Below, in pieces: positions 12,300 through 24,086 of a stretch of DNA of 64,000 nt. The first letter of the stretch is position 1. Every line of letters starts with the position of its first letter. Where the stretch lies: contig OX597825.1 of assembly GCA_951406725.2 (NCBI GenBank), positions 48,918,001 through 48,982,000 on the forward strand, read 5' to 3'. The position numbers and the translations under genes were made by a program. The DNA is from Octopus vulgaris. Lineage: Eukaryota. Below the pieces are notes generated by a model. It was given only the letters and a program-made list of their open reading frames with translations. It was not told the origin of the DNA and did no database searches.

Positions 12300-14030
12300 T
12301 TTTGTCCGGCGTTCCACGACCTTATTGGATGTCATGGATCTGCCTCTCCAGGTTCCGAGCTGCAGGCCCACGAAACTGCATAGACATGGATCTCGTTACT
12401 GAAAGCTGACGGCTTTATTTCCAGTGTGCCAAGTTTACAGATACCGGATTGGAGAACTAGATAAGAGGGAGTTGACAACCAGTGGTGGTCAGTCCTCAAA
12501 ATTCTTATTCGATAACAATCGATTAGGTTTTAGTAAGGAAATAATGGTAGAGAATTATAAGGTAGAGGGAGAGCAAGCAAATAATAGAGAAGATACGCCC
12601 AGAAAAAGCGTTGTGACTAATGTTCTGGCGGCGAAATTGGCGCTTGGCTGATTTTTGAACGTTAAGTACAAAGGTTGTGTTATCAGTGCTAGGGAACATA
12701 CTCTAAGGCACGAGTACTCGAAAGTCGTTCGATGGGCCAGGATGGCAGAGGTACATCTTGACAACAAAGTCACAATTCGGCCCTTGAAGGATCAGAAGAG
12801 TAACGTGCTACTCGATACCAAGCCGATAGGTGAAACTTCCCTGATCTGTTTCAGGAAAACAGTAAAGCAGAGACGGGGATTGACGAAATACATGAAGTGA
12901 TGAGCGGCTGCACAACGGAAAAGTTCCCATGGTCGGACACTTTGCAGATATATCTTTATCTTCATATATACCAGATTCATCTGGGTCTTCTTGGCAAATG
13001 CCTGCAGTAAATGGCAGCAAAAGTGATCAATTCCAAGCTCTGCAAAAATAAGTGTTGTGATGCTGCTAAGAGAGTATCCGAAAGATTTTCAAATTATACC
13101 AATGCAGAATTGAAAATTATGAGAAAAGTGTTACCTAAGAGACAGACGCTTAACGTTTGTACTCTGGTGGATGATATGTGCCATAACAGAAAAAAATATC
13201 AAGGACCATCTCCACCTGATGTGATGAGAAAGGATGAAAATGGGTAAAAACCTAGCATGGGTGGTGCCCTTGATAATTTAGATAAACTAAAAGCGTTTGA
13301 TAAGGACGAACATCAATACTAGACTGATGACCTGACAGCAGTCGCTTTCTGTCCGGTCTTCAAACGCTGGCTCGTTGCAATGTACAGTGTACGAAATGTT
13401 TGTATATGTGGACGATGTCAAAGTAAGATTGTGAGACAGGAAACTCTTCGTGATCATCGGCACTACTCTAAGGAAACAGGAGGCGGATAGGAGACGATGA
13501 GGAGCAAAATTTAACTGGGGTAAATCGTTAGACTTGTAGCTCCATACTTTCTAAAAGTGTGCTTGGGCACTGGAGGTGTGCACCAGGTAAATTATGTGAG
13601 GCTTGGTTCAGTTCTACGAGTGGTCAAAAAATAGGAAGAGGTGACGAGCAGGGTGGGTAGATTCGCCCAATAATGAAATGAAGGAAACAATGCCTGAAGG
13701 GTCGGGCACTGTGGATATGAAAAAGCGGTTGTATGGTGGACGAGACTGAAAAGAATGAATACAGACACTTTCCACTTCATCAGATTTTCTAAATCTTCAT
13801 CGGATTTTAAAAAAATTTCCATTTAATAAGGAAGATGAGGATCGAGAGGGATGTGTTCAAAAGTTGGTGATGTGGCAAGTATGGCCCGAATGTGGGGCTC
13901 TACATTAAAATAGCGCCCGTAGGTTTAAGAAAACGGAGGAGTGAAAAGCCTTTGCCATGGCTCACCAAGTGAGTATGGTGTACCATGTGGTGTAATTAGA
14001 GTGTACTACGTGGCGTTTCATGTTCTTGGT
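12300..14030 (+). mobile_element. Tx1/L1-like LINE reverse transcriptase remnants
   Basis: NVLAAKLAL (~12620), GALI.LD..KAFDKDEHQY (~13260-13320) and VYVDDV (~13400). Same type as the element at 63150-64000. Confidence 0.65.
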
Positions 14031-14176
14031 GGCGTTCTCTACCCGTTCAGGATGTTTGCCGTTATTCTTGTTTATTATTACTGTTTTCATTGTTTACATG
14101 TGTTTATGTAAGTCCCCACTGTCCTTTGTCTTTGAATTGTCCTAAATCTTTTTCCAGCCCTTGCAGCCAATAAAAG

Positions 14177-14480
14177 TCATTTATTGTTATTGTTGATGTT
14201 ATTATCATCAGCATTATCTTCGTCGTAATCATCATTATTACCCTCGTCGTCGTCGTCATCGTCATTGTCGGCGTCATCGTTGTTCTTTTTCTTGTTATTA
14301 TTATCATCATTATCATTATTCTTATAAGCAGTAGCGGTGGCAGAAGAAGTAATAGTAGTAGTAGTGTTGGTTGTAGTAGTAGTAATAGTAGTAGTGGTAG
14401 TGGTAGTAGAAGCAGCAGCAAGTTGCGGCAACAGTAGCAGCAGCAGCAGCAGCAGTAGCAGCAGCAGCAACAGCAGCAGC

Positions 14481-14531
<51 letters not shown>

Positions 14532-14556
14532 TGTTGTAGTAGTAGTAGTAGTAGTG
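14177..14556. repeat. Compound triplet microsatellite (TTA/TCA/TCG, then AGT/AGC)
   Basis: Seen directly; it produces the poly-L/S/T/N pseudo-ORFs. Confidence 0.95.
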
Positions 14557-15974
14557 TTTTAACTTCTAAAAGCAAATTCACTGCAATTTACCAAGGAGGA
14601 AATAATATAATCGTGTATAGTAAAAAATCTAAAAACACATTTGCTCAGTGGCTCCCCGTCTAGGGAATTCCTAAATGCGTTTCTAGCTTCTTAGCCTTCC
14701 TGGTTAGGAGATCCCGAAGAGAGATAAACCTGAGCAGATTATACAGATGTGGCTTGATCTTATAACAGTCGATATTAGTGACTAACGTGCTCTCGCAGGC
14801 TGCCTGGTCAGAACAATTACAGTAGAAGCTGCTCTTAGCAGTGAGAAGAAAACAAACTTTAAGTGTTTTTACACATTTTACCATAAGTGAAAATTTTTTC
14901 TTCACGATAAACTGCAGTGAAATTTCTCTAAGAGGTTAAAATATGTCACAAACATATTTGAACTGACCTGGGTTTGTTTTGGCATCTTGATCAGTTAGGT
15001 GATGCATTCCAGCTTTGTAAGATCGCAACATAGTTTCTTGCTTTAGCTTTATAAAGGAATCTAAGCGGAACTGGTCTGTATTACCTGCCACGACTTACAA
15101 ATGTTTTCTGCTTCCATACTACTTTTAGGTACATCACTATCTGAGTATATCTTGGGGCTTTTTGTTCCTCACTGAACCTTCGTACTTATGCTGTAGGATG
15201 TCTCGCACCATCTATTTTCTTTGAGAGCACACCATGGTTGTGAGCCTGTCCTTCGTTTTTCTCTCCTTACTCTGCTTCTGTATTTCTTTTAGTTCTGAAA
15301 CTTGTCGCTCCTTGAAAAGATGTCGCCCCCTTATTCTTTACAGTATGTTGCTTCTGGAACTGATGAAATTAGTCATATGCATGAGACAGGTGTTATTGAC
15401 CTTACTTGGTGATGTAGTAATTGGTCGATTAATTAGTGGAATTGTCATTGAGCTGGCGGTATCGGAGTTGTCGATCTTGTTGTCGCTCGACATTTCATTT
15501 TTATTTTTCTATTTCTGGGTAGCAGTCGTTTCCCTTGCTTGCCACGCAATCTCTTCTCAACATCAACATCTCTTCTCAACATCACCAGGTGGTAGTGGCG
15601 GTAGTGGTGCTAAGTTGCTGACTAGGAGAAGGTGAATCGTTCTTCTGTAAAAGTACTGAAACGAAGGCTTTCAGTGGAAACTTGCTTACATTGGCTTAAA
15701 TTCTCGCTCGCTCTTCTTGTTGGTTGGCTATCAAAATATGCCATTTTGCGAGGATATTTTACAATGGAAAAGGTTACGGTTTCAGTAGTAAGAAAGCAAA
15801 GGAACCGATAAATTTGTTGAGTGTAGGCCGATCATACAATAAAGAGAGCATTATTTCGGAAAACGAAACATAAAGTCGGATACACCACCACCACCACCAC
15901 CACCGCCACCACCATCCTCCCACCACCACCAACAACAATTAATAATAATATAATCAGAAAGTAGGATGGAAAAC

Positions 15975-16572
15975 AATCAATTTGTATAATGAAATTTTAA
16001 AAAATATAACGCGCAGTTTATACCTTAAAATGTCACTCCAAGACTTACACTTAAAGGTCTAAAAGTTTAAAATATAGAAATGAGGCACATCTTGCAGAAT
16101 TCTACTATAAAAATACTCTTGTCTCTTTCTCCGTCACAACATATGAATGAGAAAGGAAGGGGTGATAGATGAATAAGGAAGGGGTGAAACACAGTCAGCT
16201 TTTCAACTGTGTGTGAGTATATGTGTGTGTACGTAAAAACGAGGAATGTGAACGTTTGTGTGTGTGTGTGTGTGCAATGGAAGTGGTATGGTGATATAAT
16301 AATACTCTTGTACTCTTGTGTTTTTCTCCGACACAACATGTGAATGTGAAAGGAAGGGGTGATGGCAAAATTTGAATGTTTGTATGTGTGAGTGAACACT
16401 CAACGCTGAAAAAAAATCAAATACCGTTTTAACTCTGTGTGAGTATATGTGAGAATGTGTGCGCGTGTACAAGGGAAGTATGTGAATGTTTGTATGTGTG
16501 ATTATTATGTACCTTATTTATATATAAAATACTACAATTATCCGTCATTTTTGACGGTACGGGACCAGCTAG
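15975..16572 (+). mobile_element. Non-autonomous Helitron-like element (3' end defined, 5' end uncertain)
   Basis: Hairpin ccgtca-tttt-tgacgg (16542-16557) shortly before CTAG (16569-16572) followed by T. Internal ~190-bp duplication (aatactcttgt..ctccg.cacaacat.tgaatg.gaaaggaagggg at ~16110 and ~16300). Confidence 0.6.
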
Positions 16573-17581
16573 TACTTTTTAAATAATATAAGATACTAAA
16601 GTAAACCACTGTACACAAGGCACATAAAGCTACGCCTGTTTGTATAGCTGAAAGTAAGTAGAAAAGACACGACTATTGAAAAGTAAATAATCATAGTTAT
16701 GTATAACTTCTGTTGTAGTGTTACAATATATTTAACAACAGGAGCCAAGAGAGATGCAGGATTGAAGCTCAGTTCACTATAGAAATATTTATCTCTACAA
16801 GCCTATGTAACACGGCATATTAGCTGGAAATGAAATCATATAATATAGTGATTTTTAAAAAATTCTAATTTTATTGAATACACTACGATATTATCTACTT
16901 ATTGATTTAATTATATATTCAATATTAGACCTCAATTCACCTTTGAAGCCAAACTATAAACACCATCAATGTATTATCCAAGCTGATAAAGAACCATTAA
17001 CACATTGCTTCAGAAATCATTCAATGATTTTTGTCTGTTACCAAAATTCAAATTATTCTATGATGTGTTTATTTTTTGGATTTAACCCCAAGAGTTACCT
17101 AGCGCTTGCAGTAAGATGCTGCATGCCTCTCATCATATGGAACCACGGTAGAGCTTCCCTACAGATATTAACGAATGTTTTGATTGAGTCAATAACCTAA
17201 TGCTTTCAAAATGTTTCAATTAATTTACAGAATATATCATCACAACTTCGATATATTGCCTCAAAAACATTAACATATGCATATGAGACTACTTAGTGAT
17301 GCCAAGTGTTTTGATAACCGGAGCAGCTAACTGCTAAATGCATTTCAGTGTGTATTAGCATATATTTAAATCTAAGATTTAATTCATACTTGTTAGTCCG
17401 ATAAAATATATATACTGAGCCACCTATGGCTCATCCGGAGCTCCCGGTGACCGACAGGCGAAGCTGAATATATTTTTCGATGAACTAACAATAATGGATT
17501 AAATATTTCTTTCATTCTCACACTAAGTTTTTAGTACTTTATAGTACGTGACCAGATATAGCTTCTTTTTCATACATTTGT

Positions 17582-17907
<326 letters not shown>

Positions 17908-17908
17908 G

Positions 17909-17945
17909 CTAGCAGATATACCCGACGTTGCTTGAGATTAAAATG
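17909..17945 (-). mobile_element. Isolated Helitron 3' terminus
   Basis: ctagcagatatacccgacgttgcttgag resembles the terminus ctagtagagatacccggcgttacccgg at 31775. Confidence 0.5.
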
Positions 17946-17962
17946 GAAATAATTTTTTATTG

Positions 17963-18120
17963 TTTTACCTGCTTCGGTCATGTGACTGCGGACATGCTGG
18001 AGCACCCCTTTAGTCGAAGAAATCGACGCCAAGATTTAATCTTCGCAAGATTTAATCTTCGCAAGATTTAATCTTGTGGCGGCGAGATGGCAGAACCGTT
18101 AGCACGCTGGGCGAAATGTG
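17963..18120. mobile_element. SINE tail (minus) and SINE head (plus) joined by a 16-bp tandem triplication
   Basis: tgactgcggacatgctggagcacc (reverse tail), then (caagatttaatcttcg)x~3, then ggcggcgagatggcagaaccgttagcacgctgggcgaaatg. Confidence 0.7.
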
Positions 18121-18605
18121 TATTTATATATTCCCCTCTATGAGACCCACATATTTCTTTGACGTAGGACACAATTATATGTATATGTACATGTGTATGG
18201 TTGCATATATGTGTGGGTGTACAAGCATGTGTTTCACGCGAGTATGAGTGAGCATATGCACATATATCATGTATTTAGACATGTATTTGAATATAATTGT
18301 GCGCGTATGGGTATGTGCAAATGTGTGCGCGCGCTTGTGTGCGAGGATATGTATATGTGTACATATATGGTTGCATATATATGTGCATATATAGCCGCAT
18401 GTGTGGGTGCGTATGTATATGTTCCACGCTTGTGTGAGTGAGCTTACATATAAAGGCGCATGTACGTGGGTGTGCGTGCGCATATATGTATATATGTACA
18501 TGCGCGCATACACGATTTCTATGACTATTTTTACTTTTTTACTTTCCCCCTTTCGGTTTTTTCCCATTATCTAACGGTCACTTTCATAGCATTTTCTGAT
18601 TGTCT

Positions 18606-18664
18606 TAATAACTGACGAGATGCCGGAGCAGATTTATCGACATCCGAAACTCGGAGTTTTGTTA
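18606..18664 (+). ncRNA. Minimal type I hammerhead ribozyme motif (Penelope-associated)
   Basis: taataa-CTGACGA-gatgccgg..tcgacatcc-GAAA-ctcggag-TT-ttgtta. Stem I 6 bp including one GU; stem II imperfect; short stem III; GUU cleavage triplet. Confidence 0.7.
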
Positions 18665-18731
18665 TAGAAAACGAATAACTATCACATATTATATTACAGA
18701 TAAATTCCTCTATTTACACATAACATTACTA

Positions 18732-18787
<56 letters not shown>

Positions 18788-18799
18788 CATATATGTATT

Positions 18800-18874
<75 letters not shown>

Positions 18875-19135
18875 ACATATATATATATACTTACATATAT
18901 ATATATACATGCATATATATATACACATATATATATATATATATGTATATATACACATACATATATGTGCATATATGCACATATATGTATTTGAATATAA
19001 TTGTGCGCGTATGGGTATGTGCAAATGTGTGCGCGCTTGTGTGCGAGGATATGTATATGTGTACATATATGGTTGCATATATATGTGCATATATAGCCGT
19101 ATGTGTGGGTGCGTATGTATATGTTCCACGCTTGT

Positions 19136-20045
19136 TATCCTGCACATGATCGTTCCTGTGCGGATTCTTCCTCATCTGCCTTTTCGGTCCCGGAGGTTCC
19201 CCAACCTAGTTCGAGGAGCGTAGACTCAAACCCACCTGAAGACCGTTGTTCTCCCCAAAAGAAGAAACGTAGTCAAAACTCCAGAGGGGCAGATTTGGCT
19301 ACGAAACCTGATCACGATAAAATCTGTTTGGATTCTCCTTCACTTGTCCTTTCCATTAATGCCATTGCTCAACCAATTCTGAACGATCTCGATGTGGGTT
19401 CATCTGGGGAGTGGTGCTCCACCAAACCGAAGAAGAGGCAGTGCAGTTCCAAACCAGGCGGGAAAATTATGACCACTAAATCCATTCCGATCGACCCCAC
19501 AGGCCGACATAAGTCCGATGGCTATGAAACCACCCTTTCGAAATCCTCCAATGAAGAATCGAATACCGCAGCTCATAGTAGAGAACTTTTTGCCCACTCA
19601 AGATCGGCAATAATATATGGCAAGGCTGAATCCACCTGTGATACAGGCATAAACCGCCTAAAAGATGACATTAATTTTGTTTCCGTTTTGGTTGGAAAAT
19701 TGTTCTCTGTGAACGAAAATGTCAGTGTTCTTAAGGTCGCTCGGCTAGGAAGATTCCAAGCGAACCCAACCGCAGATACTAGACCACGCCCAATAAAGGT
19801 AATCTTTTCTTCTGATCGGGAGGCTTCAGTCTTTCTGAACAGAGCTCAGACGCATGCCTGGGAGGACCCCAATATGGGTTTTCGCGAGGAATACTCACTA
19901 AGAGAGAATTCGCCGGAGGAACCTGATATCCGAGCTAAAGATGAGGAAACAAATGGGAGAGAAGGGTTTACGAATCCAAGATGGACAGATAATCAAGTCC
20001 TACCTCTGGTCCCATGCGGTAGTGCTGACAGGGAAAGTGATGTGA
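19136..20045 (+). pseudogene. CR1 ORF1 with a frameshift near 19900
   Basis: SAIIYGKAES..RLG..RPRPIKVIF. The shifted frame continues ERIRRRNLISELKMRKQMGEKGLRIQDGQII..KVM* (stop 20043-20045), typical of the CR1 ORF1 C-terminus. Confidence 0.85.
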
Positions 20046-20049
20046 GGGC

Positions 20050-22908
20050 AAATCGAAGTGAAGTTGATACCCCCGTCAACGATGCTATCTCTGATGCCCT
20101 TTATTCTGCTTGTTCCCCAACTCCCGCCCCTCAGACTTCACAGCTCAGCATCGTCTACACCAACTCGTGCTCCTTATTCCCAAAGTTCAGTGAACTATTT
20201 ACACTGGCCCTACGCGATTCCCCTGATGTGATAGCTATCACCGAGACTTGGCTGACTCCAGCAGTAAAGGACTCAGAGATCCACCTGCAGGGCTACGTCC
20301 TTTTCAGATGTGACAGAGGAAAAAGGCGAGGTGGGGGTGTTGCTATGTATGTTAAGTCTGAGCACAAACCGTCCTGCGGTATTCTACCCACAAATGCTCA
20401 ACCTACAACCAAATTCGATGGCGTCTATTGCAAGCTGAGCCTATCTGAGTTTTGCCTGCCCGTGTTGGCTGTCTACAGGCCGCCTCTAGCCGACCCCCAG
20501 GACGATGCTCATCTACTCGAAGCGATAAGATTCGTTTCAGCTTCGCATGACTGCTTGGTACTAGGCGACTTCAACGCTCCCACGATCGATTGGCCCGCAT
20601 CAATTTGTACAACATCTTCCCGGTTCGGCCAGGCCCTTCTTGACGTGGCTGAAGATTGTTTTCTATCGCAACATGTTGAATATCCGACAAGGCATCGGTC
20701 TGGGCAGCAGCCATCTATGCTAGATCTGGTATTCTCCCGCTATCCAAGATCAGTGTCAGCCGTATCTGTGTGCGCCCCTCTTGCCAAGAGTGATCATGCG
20801 GTCCTGAAGTTCGTCATGCACACAACTTTTTCCACGCCCACGATTACTTCGCTGCCACGTAGAGTCTTCTCTGCAACTAATCTTGAAATTCTAACCGAGG
20901 CTTCTGCGCTTCTGGACTGGCGTTCCCTGATGACGTTGTCCTCAGTTGACGAACTATGGTCATCCCTCAAAGCATATGTAATCTGTTTGACTGACCAGGC
21001 AGTTCCCGTTGAACTTCCCAAGAGGAAGAAACACAAGCCCTGGGTGACGAAGAAGGTTAAACAAGAACGTCGACTCAGAGATATTGCTTGGGCTGAATTC
21101 AAAAATCTGGATTCGACTGCAGCTTTTGAGGTGTACAAAACTCAACGAGACCGAGCCGTGAAAATTGAAAAGAAAGAACGCTTCAGTTATGAATACAAAA
21201 TCGCGGCAAATGCCAGTAGCAATCCAAAAACCTTCTTTGCCCATGTCCAGCGGAATTCCCGCTTGAACAACCAGATTGCAACGTTGGTAGACTCAACAGG
21301 CGTATCGATTGAGGACCCTTATCAACAGAGCCAATTATTTGCCGAGGCTTTTTCAACTATTTTCAAACAAGATGATGGTCGTGAACCCCCTCCATTTGAT
21401 AGATCGGTACCTCCAATGATTCGATTGATCATCACGCGGGACCAAGTCAAACGTGTTATTCAAGGCCTCGATGTCAACAAGGGTCACGGCCCTGACGGCA
21501 TACACCCATGGGTCATCTGCGAGCCCTTAACACGACTATTCAATATGTCATTGGCGACGGGTGTTATACCTGCAGACTGGAGAACAGCGATAATCTGCCC
21601 AATTTTCAAGAAAGGAGCCGCGAAGACCCGCTTAACTACCGACCGGTTTCCCTTACATCAATAATCAGCAAGATGTTCGAAACCATCCTTAAGAAAAGTA
21701 TGATGCTCCACCTCCTAAACACAGCCTCGATCACTGATTCCCAACACGGCTTCGTGCCGAAGAGATCATGCTTGACCAACTTACTAGTAATGGAAGAATT
21801 GGTGACGCGCATCCTCGATGATAGTGATGCTGTTGACATCGTTTTATTGGACTTTGCCAAAGCTTTTGACTCGGTAAACCACCGCCTACTACTTGTCAAG
21901 CTTCAAGCATATAGTTTCCATCCGGATATTGTACGATGGGTTGGTGCCTTCCTCTCAGATCGCTCCTTCCAAGTTCAAGTTAATGGTTCGCGGTCCGACG
22001 TCTCCAGTGCGAGCAGTGGCGTGCCTCAAGGTTCAGTGCTTGGGCCCTTGTTGTTCTTAGTCTTCATAAATGACTTGCCCGACGACCTCACGCAACACAC
22101 CCTTCTATTTGCCGACGATATCAAACTGGTCGCTCCTCGCGGTAGTATAGAGGATCTTCGTCGATGCCTCCACCAAATTTGGAAGTGGTCTAACGATTGG
22201 GACCTGTGTCTGAACGTGTCAAAGTGCTGTCATCTGCCTGTCGGCTCTACTCCTGCAACTCAACTTGATTTCGAGCCGGGTCGTCTGCTGCTGGAGAGGA
22301 CCGATCAGGTAAAGGACCTGGGTATCTTGGTGGATTCCTCCTTTTCGCCTTCGGCCCAGTGCGTCCATGCTGCCAACAAAGCGCGCGGAATTCTGTTTTT
22401 GATTCGACGGTCATTCGGAATGCTCACAGCAGCCATATTCCTGCCACTCTATGTCACGCTGGTGAGACCCATATTGGAGTATGGGATTCAAGCCTCTTCT
22501 CCTTATCTCCTCAAAGACATACAGCACCTCGAAAGAGTCCAGAGGCTGGCTACCCGCATGGTTCATGGTCTCAAAAATTTGTCCTACGAAGAAAGGCTGA
22601 GGACGCTCGACCTTTGTTCTCTTGAAAAACGCCGCCGCCGTGGTGATCTCATTCTCGCCCACAACATCATAAGCGGGAAGTGTAACCTCTCGAAAGAGCT
22701 GTTCTTCACTCCTGCTCCGGAGCGTCGGCTGCGGGGTCATTCCGAAAAGCTCTACCTGCGACGATTTCATCTCAATCGAAGGAGAGGAGCTTTCTCCGTC
22801 CGGGTTGCGGATCCGTGGAACAAGCTGCCAGACGAGATGGTGAAGATGCCGACGACTGCTTTGTTCAAAGCCTCCCTGGACCTCAAGTGGCCTGAACTCT
22901 TTACATGA
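20050..22908 (+). pseudogene. CR1 ORF2: AP endonuclease plus reverse transcriptase, with a frameshift near 21615 (start approximate)
   Basis: YTN, IAITETWL, VYRPP, LGDFN, LDLVF, SDH; GPDGI, PIFKKG/SREDPLNYRPVSLTS, LDFAKAFDSV, GVPQGSVLGPLLF, FADD, LERVQR, RGH..WNKLP. Confidence 0.95.
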
Positions 22909-23003
22909 ACACCACCCTGTACTTAACTCCATGTCCCCCTACATGGCCTTGCTATTGCTTTTGAGCCAAATTAACTAACTAACTAACTAACTAACATATA
23001 TAA

Positions 23004-23045
<42 letters not shown>

Positions 23046-23050
<5 letters not shown>

Positions 23051-23370
23051 ACAATTATTCAACTCTCAGTTTCGGATGTCGAAGTGGAAATCCACAACAC
23101 CATCTCTTCGGTTATCTGGCCATCTGAAAAACGCTATGAAAAAATACCGTTATATAAAGGGAAATTACTGTGTTATAATTCCGCTACTTATATGAACTAT
23201 GAACTTTTAATCTTAATTTATATAAGTAGAGGAATTATAACACAGAAATTTCGCGGTATTTTTCATAGCGTTTTCAGATAAAGATAAACGAAGAAACGGT
23301 ATTATGGATTTCCACTTCGGCATCCGAAACTCAGAGTTTTATCTTGACTATTGAATAATTGTAACATATT
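23046..23370. mobile_element. ~325-bp near-palindromic foldback element (Penelope pLTR-like)
   Basis: atgttacaattattcaa..gtttcggatgtcgaagtggaaatcca pairs with tggatttccacttcggcatccgaaac..ttgaataattgtaacat. The inner arms ctgtgttataattcc/ggaattataacacag also pair. Confidence 0.85.
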
Positions 23371-23428
23371 ATTTTATAGATAAATTTGAGGTCTCTTTCT
23401 TTTTTTTGTTATCTTACCGTTTTTACCA

Positions 23429-23498
<70 letters not shown>

Positions 23499-24032
23499 TT
23501 ATATATATTTATATATTCACACACACAAGCATATATATATAATAGCTAATATTAATAATGTTAGATAATGGAGAGTTAAAAATGTACAGTTAATTTGTAT
23601 CATAGTGTGTTTTAAATATATAGCACTGGACGCGTAATCACAGGGATGTAAGTTTGAGTCTCATGGCTGGCCGCCGACACATTTTTCTGTAAAATATGTG
23701 TAGTTTATCCTGTTCATGCTATATTGTAAGCATTATCCAGCGTTTGACAATAAAATTATTTCCTTATCTTTAAACAGAAATACTTTTTTTAAAAATCATG
23801 ATGAAAGACACAAAAAACGTACATATATTTCAAAGCATTTGATTTAAAGCTAATGTAAATAATTGTAGCTGTAAGGGTTAGAATCTCTTCAGGGATTTTG
23901 TTTTAATAATCACGAAGAATTCTTACTTGTAGGAATTCAAATTCACAACAGTTGTGAATTTTCTTATAATGTGATGGAAACTAGTGAAATTTTAGATCTA
24001 TTTATCGCTAATGAGGATAAGATATCCTTGAA

Positions 24033-24086
<54 letters not shown>

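Larger units (their letters stand above)
19136..22995 (+). mobile_element. Young CR1-group LINE, 5'-truncated
   Basis: ORF1 remnant plus AP endonuclease and RT; short 3' UTR with stem-loop ccatgt-ccccct-acatgg; (TAAC)6 tail at 22972-22995; sharp GC contrast with flanks. Confidence 0.97.

Noticed and set aside
14177-14663. Poly-L/poly-S signal-peptide-like ORFs
   Set aside because: Triplet microsatellite artefacts.
17415-17470. GC-rich hairpins ending in ggcgaa, a possible HDV-like ribozyme
   Set aside because: I could not build a consistent P1-P3 pseudoknot.
19103-21664. 853-aa ORF as a single host or novel protein
   Set aside because: It starts in duplicated microsatellite DNA and is CR1 ORF1 plus ORF2 joined by an indel.
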